Positions 1 to 9,934 of a stretch of DNA of 64,000 nt are shown here, in pieces. The notes beneath the pieces were generated by a model. The model saw nothing but the letters and a program-made list of their open reading frames with translations, was not told the DNA's origin and did not search any database. The stretch lies in the IMG/VR virus record IMGVR_UViG_3300028666_000022, positions 1 to 64,000 of that record; one strand, 5' to 3'. The stretch's first letter is position 1, and each line of letters starts with the position of its first letter. The translations under genes were made by a program, and so were the position numbers.

Positions 1-66
1 TTTAATATAAATACTTAAACAACGTACAATTATTAATACGATTAATTAATCATTTTTGTTACAAAT

Positions 67-1260
67 TTATTTAAAATCTTCAACAAAGATTTCAATATTA
101 TTATAATTACGAAAACTATATATTTTCTTTTCTTCTGTTTCTTTAATTGATTTTATGAAATCTGGAAGTAAAGAAATTTTACCAATGTTAGAATCAACAA
201 CAAATTGTGGACAAGCTAATCCAGATGTATGTCCTCTTAATGAGTCAATAATCTCTAATCCTTTTGATATGGGTGATTGAAAATGTTTACTGCCCGGTAT
301 TTTATCACAAGAAAAAATATAATATGGTTTCACTCTAAGTTTAAGTAAACTTTTATATAATTTTCTAAATATTTCTTTATTATCATTAATATTCTTAAGT
401 AATACACTTTGTGAACCTAATGATATTCCAGCATCAGCTAACATGTTACAAGCTTTTTGTGTTTCTATAGTTAATTCATCTGGATGAGTAAAATGTATAT
501 TTATAAACAAAGGATGATATTTTTTTAAAATATTAGTTAATTCAGTTGTTATTCTCATTGGTAACACTACTGGTGTCTTAGTTCCAATACGTATAATTTC
601 TACATGTTCAATACTTCTTAATTTTTTTAAGATATATTCAATTTGATCATCCCTTAAAGTTAAAGGATCACCACCAGAAATAATCACATCTCTAATGTTT
701 TTATTATTCTTAATATATTGAAAACCCTTCTCCCATTCTTTTTCTGAAGAAATAATTGAATTTTTCTTAGAAACTGCATAACTTCTACTACAAAATCTAC
801 AATTAATTGAACAAAAATTAGTTACTAAAAATAATGCTCTATCTGGATATTTATGTACGATATTTGAAACAGGAGAATATTTTCTTTCATCTAATGAATC
901 TTCTTTTTCTCCTTCACTTAAATCTAATTCATGAATAGTAGGAATTACTGTTTTACATAAAGGATGATTATTTGGTAATGTACTTAATAAGTAAGTAAAA
1001 TAAGGTGTAATTCTAAAAGGTAAATGATTTTTTGGTAAATCAAAAATAATATTATCTTCTTTATTTTTTAATATTTTGGTTAATTTTTCAACATTAGTAA
1101 TACTGTTTTTTATTTGCCAATTCCAATCATTCCAATCTTCAATTGTAGTATTTAGAAAATTATTATTAATAAAATTATTTAAAGAAATATTATTAACTAA
1201 AAGCGGCACATCAGATTCTTCTGATTCAATAAGGATAGGGGTTGTTGACTGTTCGTTCAT
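67..1260 (-). CDS. KamA-family radical SAM protein (lysine 2,3-aminomutase-like)
   Basis: WNDWNWQ N-terminal motif, HKYPDRAL, CxxxCxxC (CSINCRFC), DVIISGGDPL, IRIGTKTPVVLPMRIT, HFTHPDE, QSVLL, GHTSGLA. Start taken at MNEQ (1260). Confidence 0.9.
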   Translation of the reverse strand: MNEQSTTPILIESEESDVPLLVNNISLNNFINNNFLNTTIEDWNDWNWQIKNSITNVEKLTKILKNKEDNIIFDLPKNHLPFRITPYFTYLLSTLPNNHPLCKTVIPTIHELDLSEGEKEDSLDERKYSPVSNIVHKYPDRALFLVTNFCSINCRFCSRSYAVSKKNSIISSEKEWEKGFQYIKNNKNIRDVIISGGDPLTLRDDQIEYILKKLRSIEHVEIIRIGTKTPVVLPMRITTELTNILKKYHPLFINIHFTHPDELTIETQKACNMLADAGISLGSQSVLLKNINDNKEIFRKLYKSLLKLRVKPYYIFSCDKIPGSKHFQSPISKGLEIIDSLRGHTSGLACPQFVVDSNIGKISLLPDFIKSIKETEEKKIYSFRNYNNIEIFVEDFK

Positions 1261-1473
1261 GTTTTTGTTTTTATCGTTTATAAATAGAAAATTATATGTA
1301 AAAATCAAATAAATACAACGCTTTTTAATGATTATTTTCATTTAATTTTCGAAAACAAAAATATATTTAAATTTTAAATAAACAAAACAAATTAAATATT
1401 TTTTAAATTTATTATTATTTATGAATAATTTAGTTATATTTGTAAAAATAATTTTATATAAAATATATTCACA

Positions 1474-1950
1474 ATGAATTATTCATTTGTTTCGTTTTTT
1501 GTTATGTTAGTGGTATTTGTTTCATATGTATTATTTATTTGGATTAAATATGGTGTACAAGAATCAATATCAGACAGTTATTATAGACTTCCAAATAATT
1601 ATAATTTTATTTTTACTTTATTTTGTTGGGGATTTGCAATTCCAGCAATATTAGCTGGTAATACATTACTCATGTTTTTAGCTGGAAGTGGTATTGCTTT
1701 TGTTGGTGCTGCAGCTAGATTTAAAGAAATTATGACAAAACAAGTCCATATGATTGGAGCATTTTGTGGAGTAATATTTAGCCAATTATCAATATTTTTT
1801 GATTTTAAAATGTGGTATATTAATGTTGTGTTTATTGTTGGAGCGTTAATAATAATTTTATTGAAAAAACAAATAAAAAATTACACTTGGTGGATTGAAA
1901 TACTTGCTTTTTCTTTAATTTGTTATGCATTAGGAAGTAAATTATTGTAA
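1474..1950 (+). CDS. Multi-pass membrane protein, function unknown
   Basis: About 5 hydrophobic segments, SISDSYY motif; TATATTTG promoter upstream. Confidence 0.7.
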   Translation: MNYSFVSFFVMLVVFVSYVLFIWIKYGVQESISDSYYRLPNNYNFIFTLFCWGFAIPAILAGNTLLMFLAGSGIAFVGAAARFKEIMTKQVHMIGAFCGVIFSQLSIFFDFKMWYINVVFIVGALIIILLKKQIKNYTWWIEILAFSLICYALGSKLL

Positions 1951-1968
1951 ATTGTAAAATAATATGTT

Positions 1969-2688
1969 ATGTTAATATTATCTAAAAAGAAAGATTTTTA
2001 TGATGGAGTAGTCAATTCTACTGGTATTGACAAAACTATTATATATGATCGAGAATTGATTGAACTTGAGGAAAATAATTTTCCTGATTTGTTTAAACAC
2101 AAGTCAATATTCTCATATAAAAAAGATAAATCAATTTTAAGTGAATTAGAACATTTGAAAATAAAAAAAGAATATTCAAAAACATATCAACATCATAATT
2201 ATTTTGTTGTTGGATTCTGTGGAAAACTATACGTTGGTTGGAAAATCTATACATTAATAAAAAAACAATATAACGATGAATTGATTACAACAATTACTTA
2301 TGATAAAAATTTTATTAATTCAATATTAGAAAACAAATATTCGAAATCCAGTATTATTAGTATAATTAATCAAATTCAAGATTATGACTGTCTTCAATAT
2401 TTTAGAGACTTGAAAACACCCATATTTATTTTTGATAATGATTTTGGAAGAACTAATATCGATAGATTTAGAAATAATCAAAAATTCATTGTTAATCCAA
2501 ATCTAAAAGAATATGAATTTTATAAAATTTTTGATACTTTTCAAGCATTTCAAGAAATAGAAATGTTTTTAAGCGGTGTATTAGGATCTTCAGAAAAAGA
2601 AATCATAGAAGTTGCAGATAAATACAAGATTCAACAGTATGGTTTTAATAAATGGTCATTTAGGAAAGAAGGAAAAAATAGTAAATAA
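1969..2688 (+). CDS. Conserved phage hypothetical protein
   Basis: 239-aa ORF with KDFYD N-terminus, VGFCGK, and FQEIEMFL..YGF..SFRK C-terminus. Confidence 0.6.
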   Translation: MLILSKKKDFYDGVVNSTGIDKTIIYDRELIELEENNFPDLFKHKSIFSYKKDKSILSELEHLKIKKEYSKTYQHHNYFVVGFCGKLYVGWKIYTLIKKQYNDELITTITYDKNFINSILENKYSKSSIISIINQIQDYDCLQYFRDLKTPIFIFDNDFGRTNIDRFRNNQKFIVNPNLKEYEFYKIFDTFQAFQEIEMFLSGVLGSSEKEIIEVADKYKIQQYGFNKWSFRKEGKNSK

Positions 2689-2689
2689 T

Positions 2690-3178
2690 ATGAAAAAATT
2701 AGAAACTAATTTAATTAAAGAATGTAAAAAAGCAATTAGAAAAGAAATTGCCAAACAATATTATAAAGAATCGTATTTAATCATCGAATTAACTGATGAT
2801 AAAAATAGAAATGATTTTCTTAAATATCACAATGAAGATAAAGGTAATATTTGTTGTTTGGTTCTTGATTTTGCAAAACAAAAACTTGTTACAGAAGGAA
2901 AATTAGAACAAAATAAAGAAGATACTTTTGGTAAAGGACCATTTATACTTAAAGATACTTCAAAAAATAAAGAATTAAGTGAAATGGGAGATTTAATATC
3001 TAAAGAACTTGATTCAGATTTATTAGAAAAATTAGATCTAAATCTACATTCAGAACTATCATTAGTATTAGAGGAAGATATAATATTGGATTTAGAATCA
3101 GAACAAATTTCTGAATTAGATCCAGAATTAGAAGAGTTTTTAAAACTAGAAGAAAAATATAAAAATGAAAAACAATAA
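2690..3178 (+). CDS. Hypothetical protein with a C-terminal KNKEL/SELx-type acidic helical module
   Basis: ATG at 2690 follows the upstream stop. The C-terminal ~70 aa (KNKELSE..SKELDSDL..HSELSL..ISELDPEL) resemble the micro-protein family at 38-62 kb. Confidence 0.6.
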   Translation: MKKLETNLIKECKKAIRKEIAKQYYKESYLIIELTDDKNRNDFLKYHNEDKGNICCLVLDFAKQKLVTEGKLEQNKEDTFGKGPFILKDTSKNKELSEMGDLISKELDSDLLEKLDLNLHSELSLVLEEDIILDLESEQISELDPELEEFLKLEEKYKNEKQ

Positions 3179-3336
3179 TAAAACAAAAGAAGATTGCAAG
3201 TGTGGTAAATCATTAAAAATTAATGATCCGAGAAAAATAATTAAGAAACAAAAATAAATCGTATTTTTTAATAAATTTAAACATATGAAAAAAATTTTTA
3301 ATTTCTTGTAAGTTGCTCTAATGCAACACAAGAAAT

Positions 3337-3659
3337 ATGAAAGCAAAAAAAATTTCAGAAACAACTACTAATTGTGGTGAATTTAATCGTGCTTATAAAC
3401 ATTATTTAGAAAGAAAAGGTGAAATTCATTGTTCTTATTGCAAATATCATCAAAATGAAAATTGTACAGGTAAATGGTATGATGGAATTATTTACGATGA
3501 TATGGAAAATGTTGTGGTAAAAGAAAAGGAACCAATACCAGATTTCCTAATTGGAAATTAGTTTCAAAAAATAGAAAACAATGGATGAAAAAACCGATTA
3601 AAGTCATTGAAGAAAAATCGAAATACAATAACAATGTTTATATCGATATTAAACTCTAA
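3337..3659 (+). pseudogene. Small Cys/His protein gene interrupted by a -1 frameshift (pseudogene, sequencing error or programmed shift)
   Basis: The 0-frame ORF ends at 3561. The -1 frame continues from ~3501 as YGKCCGKRKGTNTRFPNWKLVSKNRKQWMKKPIK...DIKL* to 3659, just before the terminator. Confidence 0.5.
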
Positions 3660-3681
3660 AAACACGATTAAATGGAAAAAG

Positions 3682-3718
3682 AAAAGAGGATGACTAAAAA
3701 ATGTTTCATCCTCTTTTT
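3682..3718. terminator. Bidirectional intrinsic terminator
   Basis: AAAAGAGGATGA...TCATCCTCTTTT hairpin between convergent genes. Confidence 0.75.
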
Positions 3719-3757
3719 AATTTAAAAATGATCTAATTGCTGAAAAATAAAAATATA

Positions 3758-4273
3758 TTAAACTTCAGGAATTTCTATTTCTTCTTCACCAGATGTTTCA
3801 GGTTCTTCTTCAGCATCCATTTCACGATTTGGTCCTTCTACATTACCTTCTTCTTCCTCTTCTTCACCATGAAGCCATTCATTAATGTCATTAAGGTGTT
3901 CTTTGGCTATAACAATTTTATCTGAAACCCATGATGGTAATTCACCCTCTGGAAGATTTTCATAAGCAGTTTTAGCTAATTCAACTAATTCTTCTAATTT
4001 AGCTTTGTATGATGCACCCTCTAATTCTTCATTTTCTTTAAGAACTGACTTTTCATCAATACCTTTCTTAAATGTTTTTGCTAATGCTTTACGTTTAGGT
4101 GTACACGTTGGTTTAGTCATTGGACTGCAAAAACCTTTGTGTTCAGGATCTACTGCTTTTTGAATCCATTTTTTATCTTCTTTCTCTTCATTTAATGGTT
4201 TAGTATTAAAATTAGGAGCCACCCTTTGCATTACTTCGAAAAGTCTTTCTTTACTATCTTTTTTATTTATCAT
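3758..4273 (-). CDS. Putative virion-associated (internal head) protein
   Basis: KKWIQKAV..HKG and LPSWVSDKI motifs, LNE/LKE putative protease sites, acidic tail; in an operon behind a TATTTATA motif. Confidence 0.5.
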   Translation of the reverse strand: MINKKDSKERLFEVMQRVAPNFNTKPLNEEKEDKKWIQKAVDPEHKGFCSPMTKPTCTPKRKALAKTFKKGIDEKSVLKENEELEGASYKAKLEELVELAKTAYENLPEGELPSWVSDKIVIAKEHLNDINEWLHGEEEEEEGNVEGPNREMDAEEEPETSGEEEIEIPEV

Positions 4274-4306
4274 CTTATTTAAAATTTATATAATATTTAT
4301 CTTATT

Positions 4307-4738
4307 TTAAAAACTTACTGAACATGTTTGATTCTTAAAATCAAAAACTAAAGCACTTATATATAATGCACCACCTTTTGCAAGATTAGCATCACCAACA
4401 ATATATTTCCATTTATAATCATTAATATTTTTATCGTTTTCTTGTTTTAATTCATCACTATGTTTATCAAACAATTGCATTTTAAATGTACCTTCAAGAC
4501 TTTCAACATTAATTATAAGATTCTCAATACCAGCATCGTTTAGCCAAAAAGAAATACTCCAATTAACAACAACATTACTTTCTGTTACCTTACTATCGAA
4601 ATCAGCGGTGAAATTTTCATAATTACTAAATGTTGAATTATTTATTACTTGTTTAAACTTAAATCTTTCATCGTTCATTACATAACCTTCATTAAGAAAT
4701 TTATTCAACTCTTCACTAATAATAGTATTTATGTTCAT
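4307..4738 (-). CDS. Hypothetical late protein with IISEELNKFLNE N-terminus
   Basis: Clean ORF; TATTTATA motif on the minus strand at 4754-4761. Confidence 0.6.
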   Translation of the reverse strand: MNINTIISEELNKFLNEGYVMNDERFKFKQVINNSTFSNYENFTADFDSKVTESNVVVNWSISFWLNDAGIENLIINVESLEGTFKMQLFDKHSDELKQENDKNINDYKWKYIVGDANLAKGGALYISALVFDFKNQTCSVSF

Positions 4739-4814
4739 GATATAATATTTTTTTATAAATACTTAAAAATAATATAAAAAATTATTGTATATTTGTGAAA
4801 ATAAAAATCATGTT

Positions 4815-5906
4815 ATGAAATACGATCCTACCATATTAGAAAAAGTCGATTGGAATATAATCAACAAATATATTGAAATCGATAATATTATGCTTAATAA
4901 ACATCCCGATTATGATATTTGGATTTTGAATTATACCAAAAAATGCCAATATGAAAAACATTGGGATCTATATACTACTAGCTGCAGGGGATTAGTTATA
5001 GATAAAGAAGGGAATATTTTAGCTCGTTGTATGAAAAAATTCTTCAATTATGAAGAGCATGATCCTTCTGAAATAGATATGAATCAAGAATTTGAAATAT
5101 TTGAGAAATTAGATGGTTCAATGATTGAAATATTTTATTATGAAGAAGTAAATGAATGGATTATTGTTTCTAGGGGTTCATTTATATCTGATCAAGCATT
5201 AGAAGCTAAGAAAATGATTGATTCTAAACCAAATGTTTTAGATAATTTAGATAAGAAATATACTTTTGTGTTTGAAGTGCTTTTTAAAAGTAATCAAATA
5301 GTTATAAATTACGGTAATACTTATGATTTAGTTTTACTTACTACTATTGAAACTAAAACAGGAAAAGAATTATCTTATGATGATTTAGTTGAAAAATATT
5401 CAAAATGTTTTACTATTGTTAAAAAATATGATTTAAATAACATTACTGATTTATCTGATTTGAAAAAACTAGAAGAAGATAATAAAGAAGGTTTTGTAGT
5501 TAAATTTCCTAATTTCAGAACAAAGGTAAAATATAGCACCTATGTTAAACTTCATAAAATCATAACTGGTGTTTCTAATCTTGGTGTTTGGGAATACCTT
5601 AAAGAAGGTAAGAATTTTGATGAAATAATTAACAATGTACCTGATGAATGGTTCAACTGGTTAAATAAAACAATAAATTCATTAAAAGTCCAATATAATG
5701 CTATTGAAACCGAAGCACTTAATGAATACATTAGAATTTATCAAATCAATGATATTGTTAATGGTAAAGAATTTGCTGCAGAAGTGAAAAATCATAAATA
5801 TAAAACAATAATATTTAACATGTTTAATAAAAAACATTATGAAGATATTATTTGGAATATGATTCGTCCAAAATTCTGTCGGGGTTTTGGTGGTGAGGAT
5901 TTATAA
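4815..5906 (+). CDS. T4 Rnl1-like RNA ligase
   Basis: ILNYT, CRGLVID, KFFNYEE, motif I EKLDGS, SRGSF, EGFVV, KVKY..YVKLH. Confidence 0.9.
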   Translation: MKYDPTILEKVDWNIINKYIEIDNIMLNKHPDYDIWILNYTKKCQYEKHWDLYTTSCRGLVIDKEGNILARCMKKFFNYEEHDPSEIDMNQEFEIFEKLDGSMIEIFYYEEVNEWIIVSRGSFISDQALEAKKMIDSKPNVLDNLDKKYTFVFEVLFKSNQIVINYGNTYDLVLLTTIETKTGKELSYDDLVEKYSKCFTIVKKYDLNNITDLSDLKKLEEDNKEGFVVKFPNFRTKVKYSTYVKLHKIITGVSNLGVWEYLKEGKNFDEIINNVPDEWFNWLNKTINSLKVQYNAIETEALNEYIRIYQINDIVNGKEFAAEVKNHKYKTIIFNMFNKKHYEDIIWNMIRPKFCRGFGGEDL

Positions 5907-5929
5907 AATTACTGTTTTTATTTAATTTT

Positions 5930-5957
5930 TAGAGGCACTTTTGGGTGTCTTTTTTTG
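5930..5957 (+). terminator. Intrinsic terminator
   Basis: AGAGGCAC-TTTTGG-GTGTCTTT hairpin followed by a U-tract. Confidence 0.65.
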
Positions 5958-6084
5958 TTAATTCTTTCAGAATAAAATACTTAAAAATTCTTTAAAATAT
6001 TTTCATTTATTTTTTAAAACACTTGTATTTATTATTGTTATTTAATATTTTTACTAAAATAATTTTATAAAAATTTATTATTTC

Positions 6085-9000
6085 ATGGAAGAAAAAATCG
6101 TAAAAACTTACACAAAAACAGAAGTTCATAAAGCAACTTTAGAATATTTTAATGGTGATGAACTTGCAACAGATGTATGGATTAAAAAATATTGTTTAAA
6201 AGATTCAGAGGGTAATCTATATGAAAAAACTCCTGATGATATGCATAAAAGACTTGCAAAAGAATTCTATAATGTTGAAAAAACATATAGTAATGATTCT
6301 AGTGAAAATTTATCGGATTATGGTAAAAAAAGAGAAGTTTTAACAGAAGAAAAGATTTTTAATTATTTTAGAAATTTTAAATACATTTCCCCCCAAGGTT
6401 CAATAATGAATATTTTGGGTAATAAAAATGTAATTGGTTCATTATCTAATTGTGTTGTTTTACCAAAAGTTTTTGATAGTTATGGTGGTATTATGTATGC
6501 TGATCAACAATTAGCACAATTATTTAAAAGAAGATGTGGAGCAGGAATTGACATATCTACTTTAAGACCTAAAGACACTAAAGTAACAAATGCTGCTGGT
6601 TCAACAACTGGTGCAATATCTTTTATGGAGAGATATTCCAACACCACTCGTGAAGTAGGACAATCGGGCAGACGTGGTGCTCTAATGATTTCTATAGATG
6701 TTAGGCATCCAGATATTGAAGATTTTATTAAAATAAAAAGAGACTTAAAAAAAGTAACAGGTGCTAATATCTCAATTAAATTGCGAGATGATTTCATGCA
6801 AGCAGTTGAGAAAAATGAAAAATATATACTAAGATTTCCTGTAGATTCAACACCCGAAAATGCTAAATATACTAAAGAAATTAATGCTATTGACATTTGG
6901 AATGAGATAATAAAGTCTGCCCATAGTAGTGCTGAACCGGGTTTGATTTTTTCAGACAGACAACACATGTATTCAACATCATCAATATATCCTAATTGGG
7001 AAAATATTAGTACAAATCCGTGTTTTCCCTCATCAGAATATTTACTAACAAAAAATGGATATTGTTCTTTTGGAGACTTATTTGATTCAAAAAAAGAAAA
7101 TGAAATTATAGCAGATGGAAGAATTTCATATGTTGATGATGGTATTGAAAAACCTAGAAATTGGATCATCGGAAATAATGATAACAATACTTTAATTAGA
7201 AATGCTTCACCCGTATTTAAAACTCAAGAAAATGCTCAATTATTAGAAATAAAAACAGAAATTGGTTTTAATGTTAAATGTACTCCAGAACATCATTTTG
7301 CAACAAAAAGAGGTATGGTTGAAGCAAAAAATTTAGATGTTAACGAAGATGAAATATTAATTTCTCAACCAGAAACATATGATTCTATAATAAACAGAGA
7401 ACCTGAAACATCAGAAGAAATTTCAGCATTTTTAATGGGATTAATTACTGGTGATGGTACATTTAGTGATAGAAGTGGATCATATTCTGTGTGTGTTGAT
7501 ATTTGGGGTGAAGATAAAAATAGATTATTGGATTTATGTAAAAAATATATTAATAAATTATATGTTGAAAATTATGATAAATTAACATATTCAAAAAAAT
7601 GGAGTAATCGAAAATTATCACCATATTATGTCACTCATATAGAGAAATCAGATAAAATAAGAATTATGTCAACATGGTTATATATTTATTTAAATGAAAC
7701 ATATGGATTTAAAAAAGAAACTAAATTTATTGTTCCCAAAAAAATTATGAATAATAGTAGAACAACAATCGGAAAATATTATGTTGCTGGATTTTCATAT
7801 GCTGATGGAACAGTTAATATTTCACAAAAGAAAAAACAAATTTCAGTTAGATTTGGACAAATACATAAAAAATTATTAGATGATATACAATTAATTTTAC
7901 ATTCTAATGGTATTTTAAGTAAAGTATATTTAAGAAAAAAAGAAGGTACTACTGTTATATGGGGAAAAACATATAACACTAAAGCATTTTATGAATTAAT
8001 AACTATCAATAGTTCACATGTTAAATATTCTAAATTAATTGGATTTTTTAATCATCCAAAAAAAGATGATAAGTTAAATGAATATCTCAAAACACATGAA
8101 ACATATACAAAGAATTCATTTTATTCCAAACCAATAGAAATAAATGTAATTAAGAAAAAAGAAGATGTTTATTGTCTTAAAGAAGATATTGGACGAAATA
8201 TTATTGTTAATGGTTGTTCTGTTAGAAGATGTTCTGAAATAGCTATGAATGACGATAGTTGTAGATTAATGGTTGTTAATTATTTTAATTGTGTTGAAAA
8301 TCCATTTACAGAATCAGCAAAATTTAATTATGATAAACTATATGAAATTGTATATGAAGCACAAAGATTAATCGATGATTTGGTTGATTTAGAATTAATT
8401 GCTGTTGAAAAAATAACTGAAAAAATAAAAAGCGATCCTGAACCAGAACACATAAAAAAAATAGAATTAGATACATGGGAAAATTTATATAATAAAGGAA
8501 AAGCAGGCAGACGAACTGGATTAGGATTTACTGCACTTGGAGATACATTAGCAGCATTAGGACATAAATATGATTCTAATGATGCAATGAATGTTATTGA
8601 AAAAATATCTAAAACTAAATTTATTGCTGAATTTGATTCATCAATTGATATGGCAATACAAAGAGGTAAATTTGAAGATTTTAATCCAATATATGAAAAT
8701 AAATCAGACTTTGTAAAAATGATAAAAAATGAACACAATGATTTATATAATAGAATGATGAAATTTGGAAGAAGAAATATTTCAATTAGTACTGTTGCAC
8801 CCACTGGAAGTCTTAGCATTCTTACACAAACTTCCTCCGGCATAGAACCAATTTATCAAATTGGATATAAAAGAAGAAAAAAAATAAACCCACAAGATAA
8901 AGATGCTAAAATTGATTTTGTTGATGATTTGGGTGATTCTTGGACCGAATTTGATGTTTTACATTATAGAGTAAAACAATGGTTAAATATTAATAATATT

Positions 9001-9855
9001 AATAACATTAATGTTGCATATGAAAAAAGTCCATATGTGGGTTCAACAGCTCCAGAAATTGATTGGATTAAAAGAGTTAAGATTCAATCAATAGTTCAAC
9101 GTTATGTGACGCATAGTATAAGTTCTACAATTAATTTATGTGAAGATGTGTCAGTTGAGAAAGTTAGTGAAATATATTTAGAATCATGGAAACAAGGATT
9201 AAAAGGAATTACAGTATATCGTGATGGTAGTCGTAGTGGTGTTCTAGTAAGTAATAAAACAGAAAAGAAAGAAAATAATATTAATTTTCATGAAGACGTA
9301 CACGCACCAAAACGTCCCAAGAGATTAAAAGCTGAAATATATCGTTTTCAAAATAATTTAGAAAAATGGATTGCTGTTGTTGGAATGCTTGATGGTAGGC
9401 CATACGAGATCTTCACCGGGAAACTCATTAATGGGTTAAGTAAACTACCTAATAATATCAAGGATTGTGAAGTGGTAAAAAATATTATTGAAGATGAAAA
9501 TGGTAATAAAACAAAAAGATATGATATTGAATATACAGATGCCGATGGTATTAAACAATCTCATACTGGTTTAAACCATGCTTTTAATCCTGAGTATTGG
9601 AATAATGCCAAACTTATTTCGGGAATCTTGAGACATCGAATGCCGCTAATATCATTATATGAATTAATAAATTCTTTAAATTTCAAAGAAGAAACTATTA
9701 ATACATGGAAAAATGGCGTTGTTCGCGTAATTAAGAAATATATTAAAGATGGTGAAAAAATTAAAGGAAAATGTCCTTCTTGTGGTGGAGAGCATCTTGA
9801 ATTCAAAGAAGGATGTATGACGTGTATGGACTGTGGAGGATCGTTATGTTCTTGA
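6085..9855 (+). CDS. nrdJ: Class II (B12-dependent) ribonucleotide reductase containing an intein
   Basis: SLSNC, GRRGALM, VTGANISI, NP/CSE catalytic motif split by an intein, RRTGLG, TVAPTGS, SISSTINL, KGITVYRDGSR, C-terminal Zn ribbon. Confidence 0.95.
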   Translation: MEEKIVKTYTKTEVHKATLEYFNGDELATDVWIKKYCLKDSEGNLYEKTPDDMHKRLAKEFYNVEKTYSNDSSENLSDYGKKREVLTEEKIFNYFRNFKYISPQGSIMNILGNKNVIGSLSNCVVLPKVFDSYGGIMYADQQLAQLFKRRCGAGIDISTLRPKDTKVTNAAGSTTGAISFMERYSNTTREVGQSGRRGALMISIDVRHPDIEDFIKIKRDLKKVTGANISIKLRDDFMQAVEKNEKYILRFPVDSTPENAKYTKEINAIDIWNEIIKSAHSSAEPGLIFSDRQHMYSTSSIYPNWENISTNPCFPSSEYLLTKNGYCSFGDLFDSKKENEIIADGRISYVDDGIEKPRNWIIGNNDNNTLIRNASPVFKTQENAQLLEIKTEIGFNVKCTPEHHFATKRGMVEAKNLDVNEDEILISQPETYDSIINREPETSEEISAFLMGLITGDGTFSDRSGSYSVCVDIWGEDKNRLLDLCKKYINKLYVENYDKLTYSKKWSNRKLSPYYVTHIEKSDKIRIMSTWLYIYLNETYGFKKETKFIVPKKIMNNSRTTIGKYYVAGFSYADGTVNISQKKKQISVRFGQIHKKLLDDIQLILHSNGILSKVYLRKKEGTTVIWGKTYNTKAFYELITINSSHVKYSKLIGFFNHPKKDDKLNEYLKTHETYTKNSFYSKPIEINVIKKKEDVYCLKEDIGRNIIVNGCSVRRCSEIAMNDDSCRLMVVNYFNCVENPFTESAKFNYDKLYEIVYEAQRLIDDLVDLELIAVEKITEKIKSDPEPEHIKKIELDTWENLYNKGKAGRRTGLGFTALGDTLAALGHKYDSNDAMNVIEKISKTKFIAEFDSSIDMAIQRGKFEDFNPIYENKSDFVKMIKNEHNDLYNRMMKFGRRNISISTVAPTGSLSILTQTSSGIEPIYQIGYKRRKKINPQDKDAKIDFVDDLGDSWTEFDVLHYRVKQWLNINNINNINVAYEKSPYVGSTAPEIDWIKRVKIQSIVQRYVTHSISSTINLCEDVSVEKVSEIYLESWKQGLKGITVYRDGSRSGVLVSNKTEKKENNINFHEDVHAPKRPKRLKAEIYRFQNNLEKWIAVVGMLDGRPYEIFTGKLINGLSKLPNNIKDCEVVKNIIEDENGNKTKRYDIEYTDADGIKQSHTGLNHAFNPEYWNNAKLISGILRHRMPLISLYELINSLNFKEETINTWKNGVVRVIKKYIKDGEKIKGKCPSCGGEHLEFKEGCMTCMDCGGSLCS
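7021..8229 (+). mobile_element. Intein (403 aa) with LAGLIDADG homing endonuclease, inserted at the catalytic NP/C site of NrdJ
   Basis: Starts CFPSSEYLLT; block B CTPEHHF; LAGLIDADG-like FLMGLITGDG and YVAGFSYADG; block F EDVYCL; ends IIVNGCSVRR/C. Removal restores STNPCSEI. Confidence 0.9.
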
Positions 9856-9934
9856 TAATCAGATGATTATAAAAATTATTATGTTAAACGTATTTATATT
9901 GAATACGTTTAACATAATTTTAAAATTAATTAAC

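Noticed and set aside
6504-9806. Minus-strand ORFs inside nrdJ (also 2827-3213, 38668-38850, 46874-47092, 51639-51839)
   Set aside because: These are antisense shadows of real genes or repeats, with no independent motifs or leaders.
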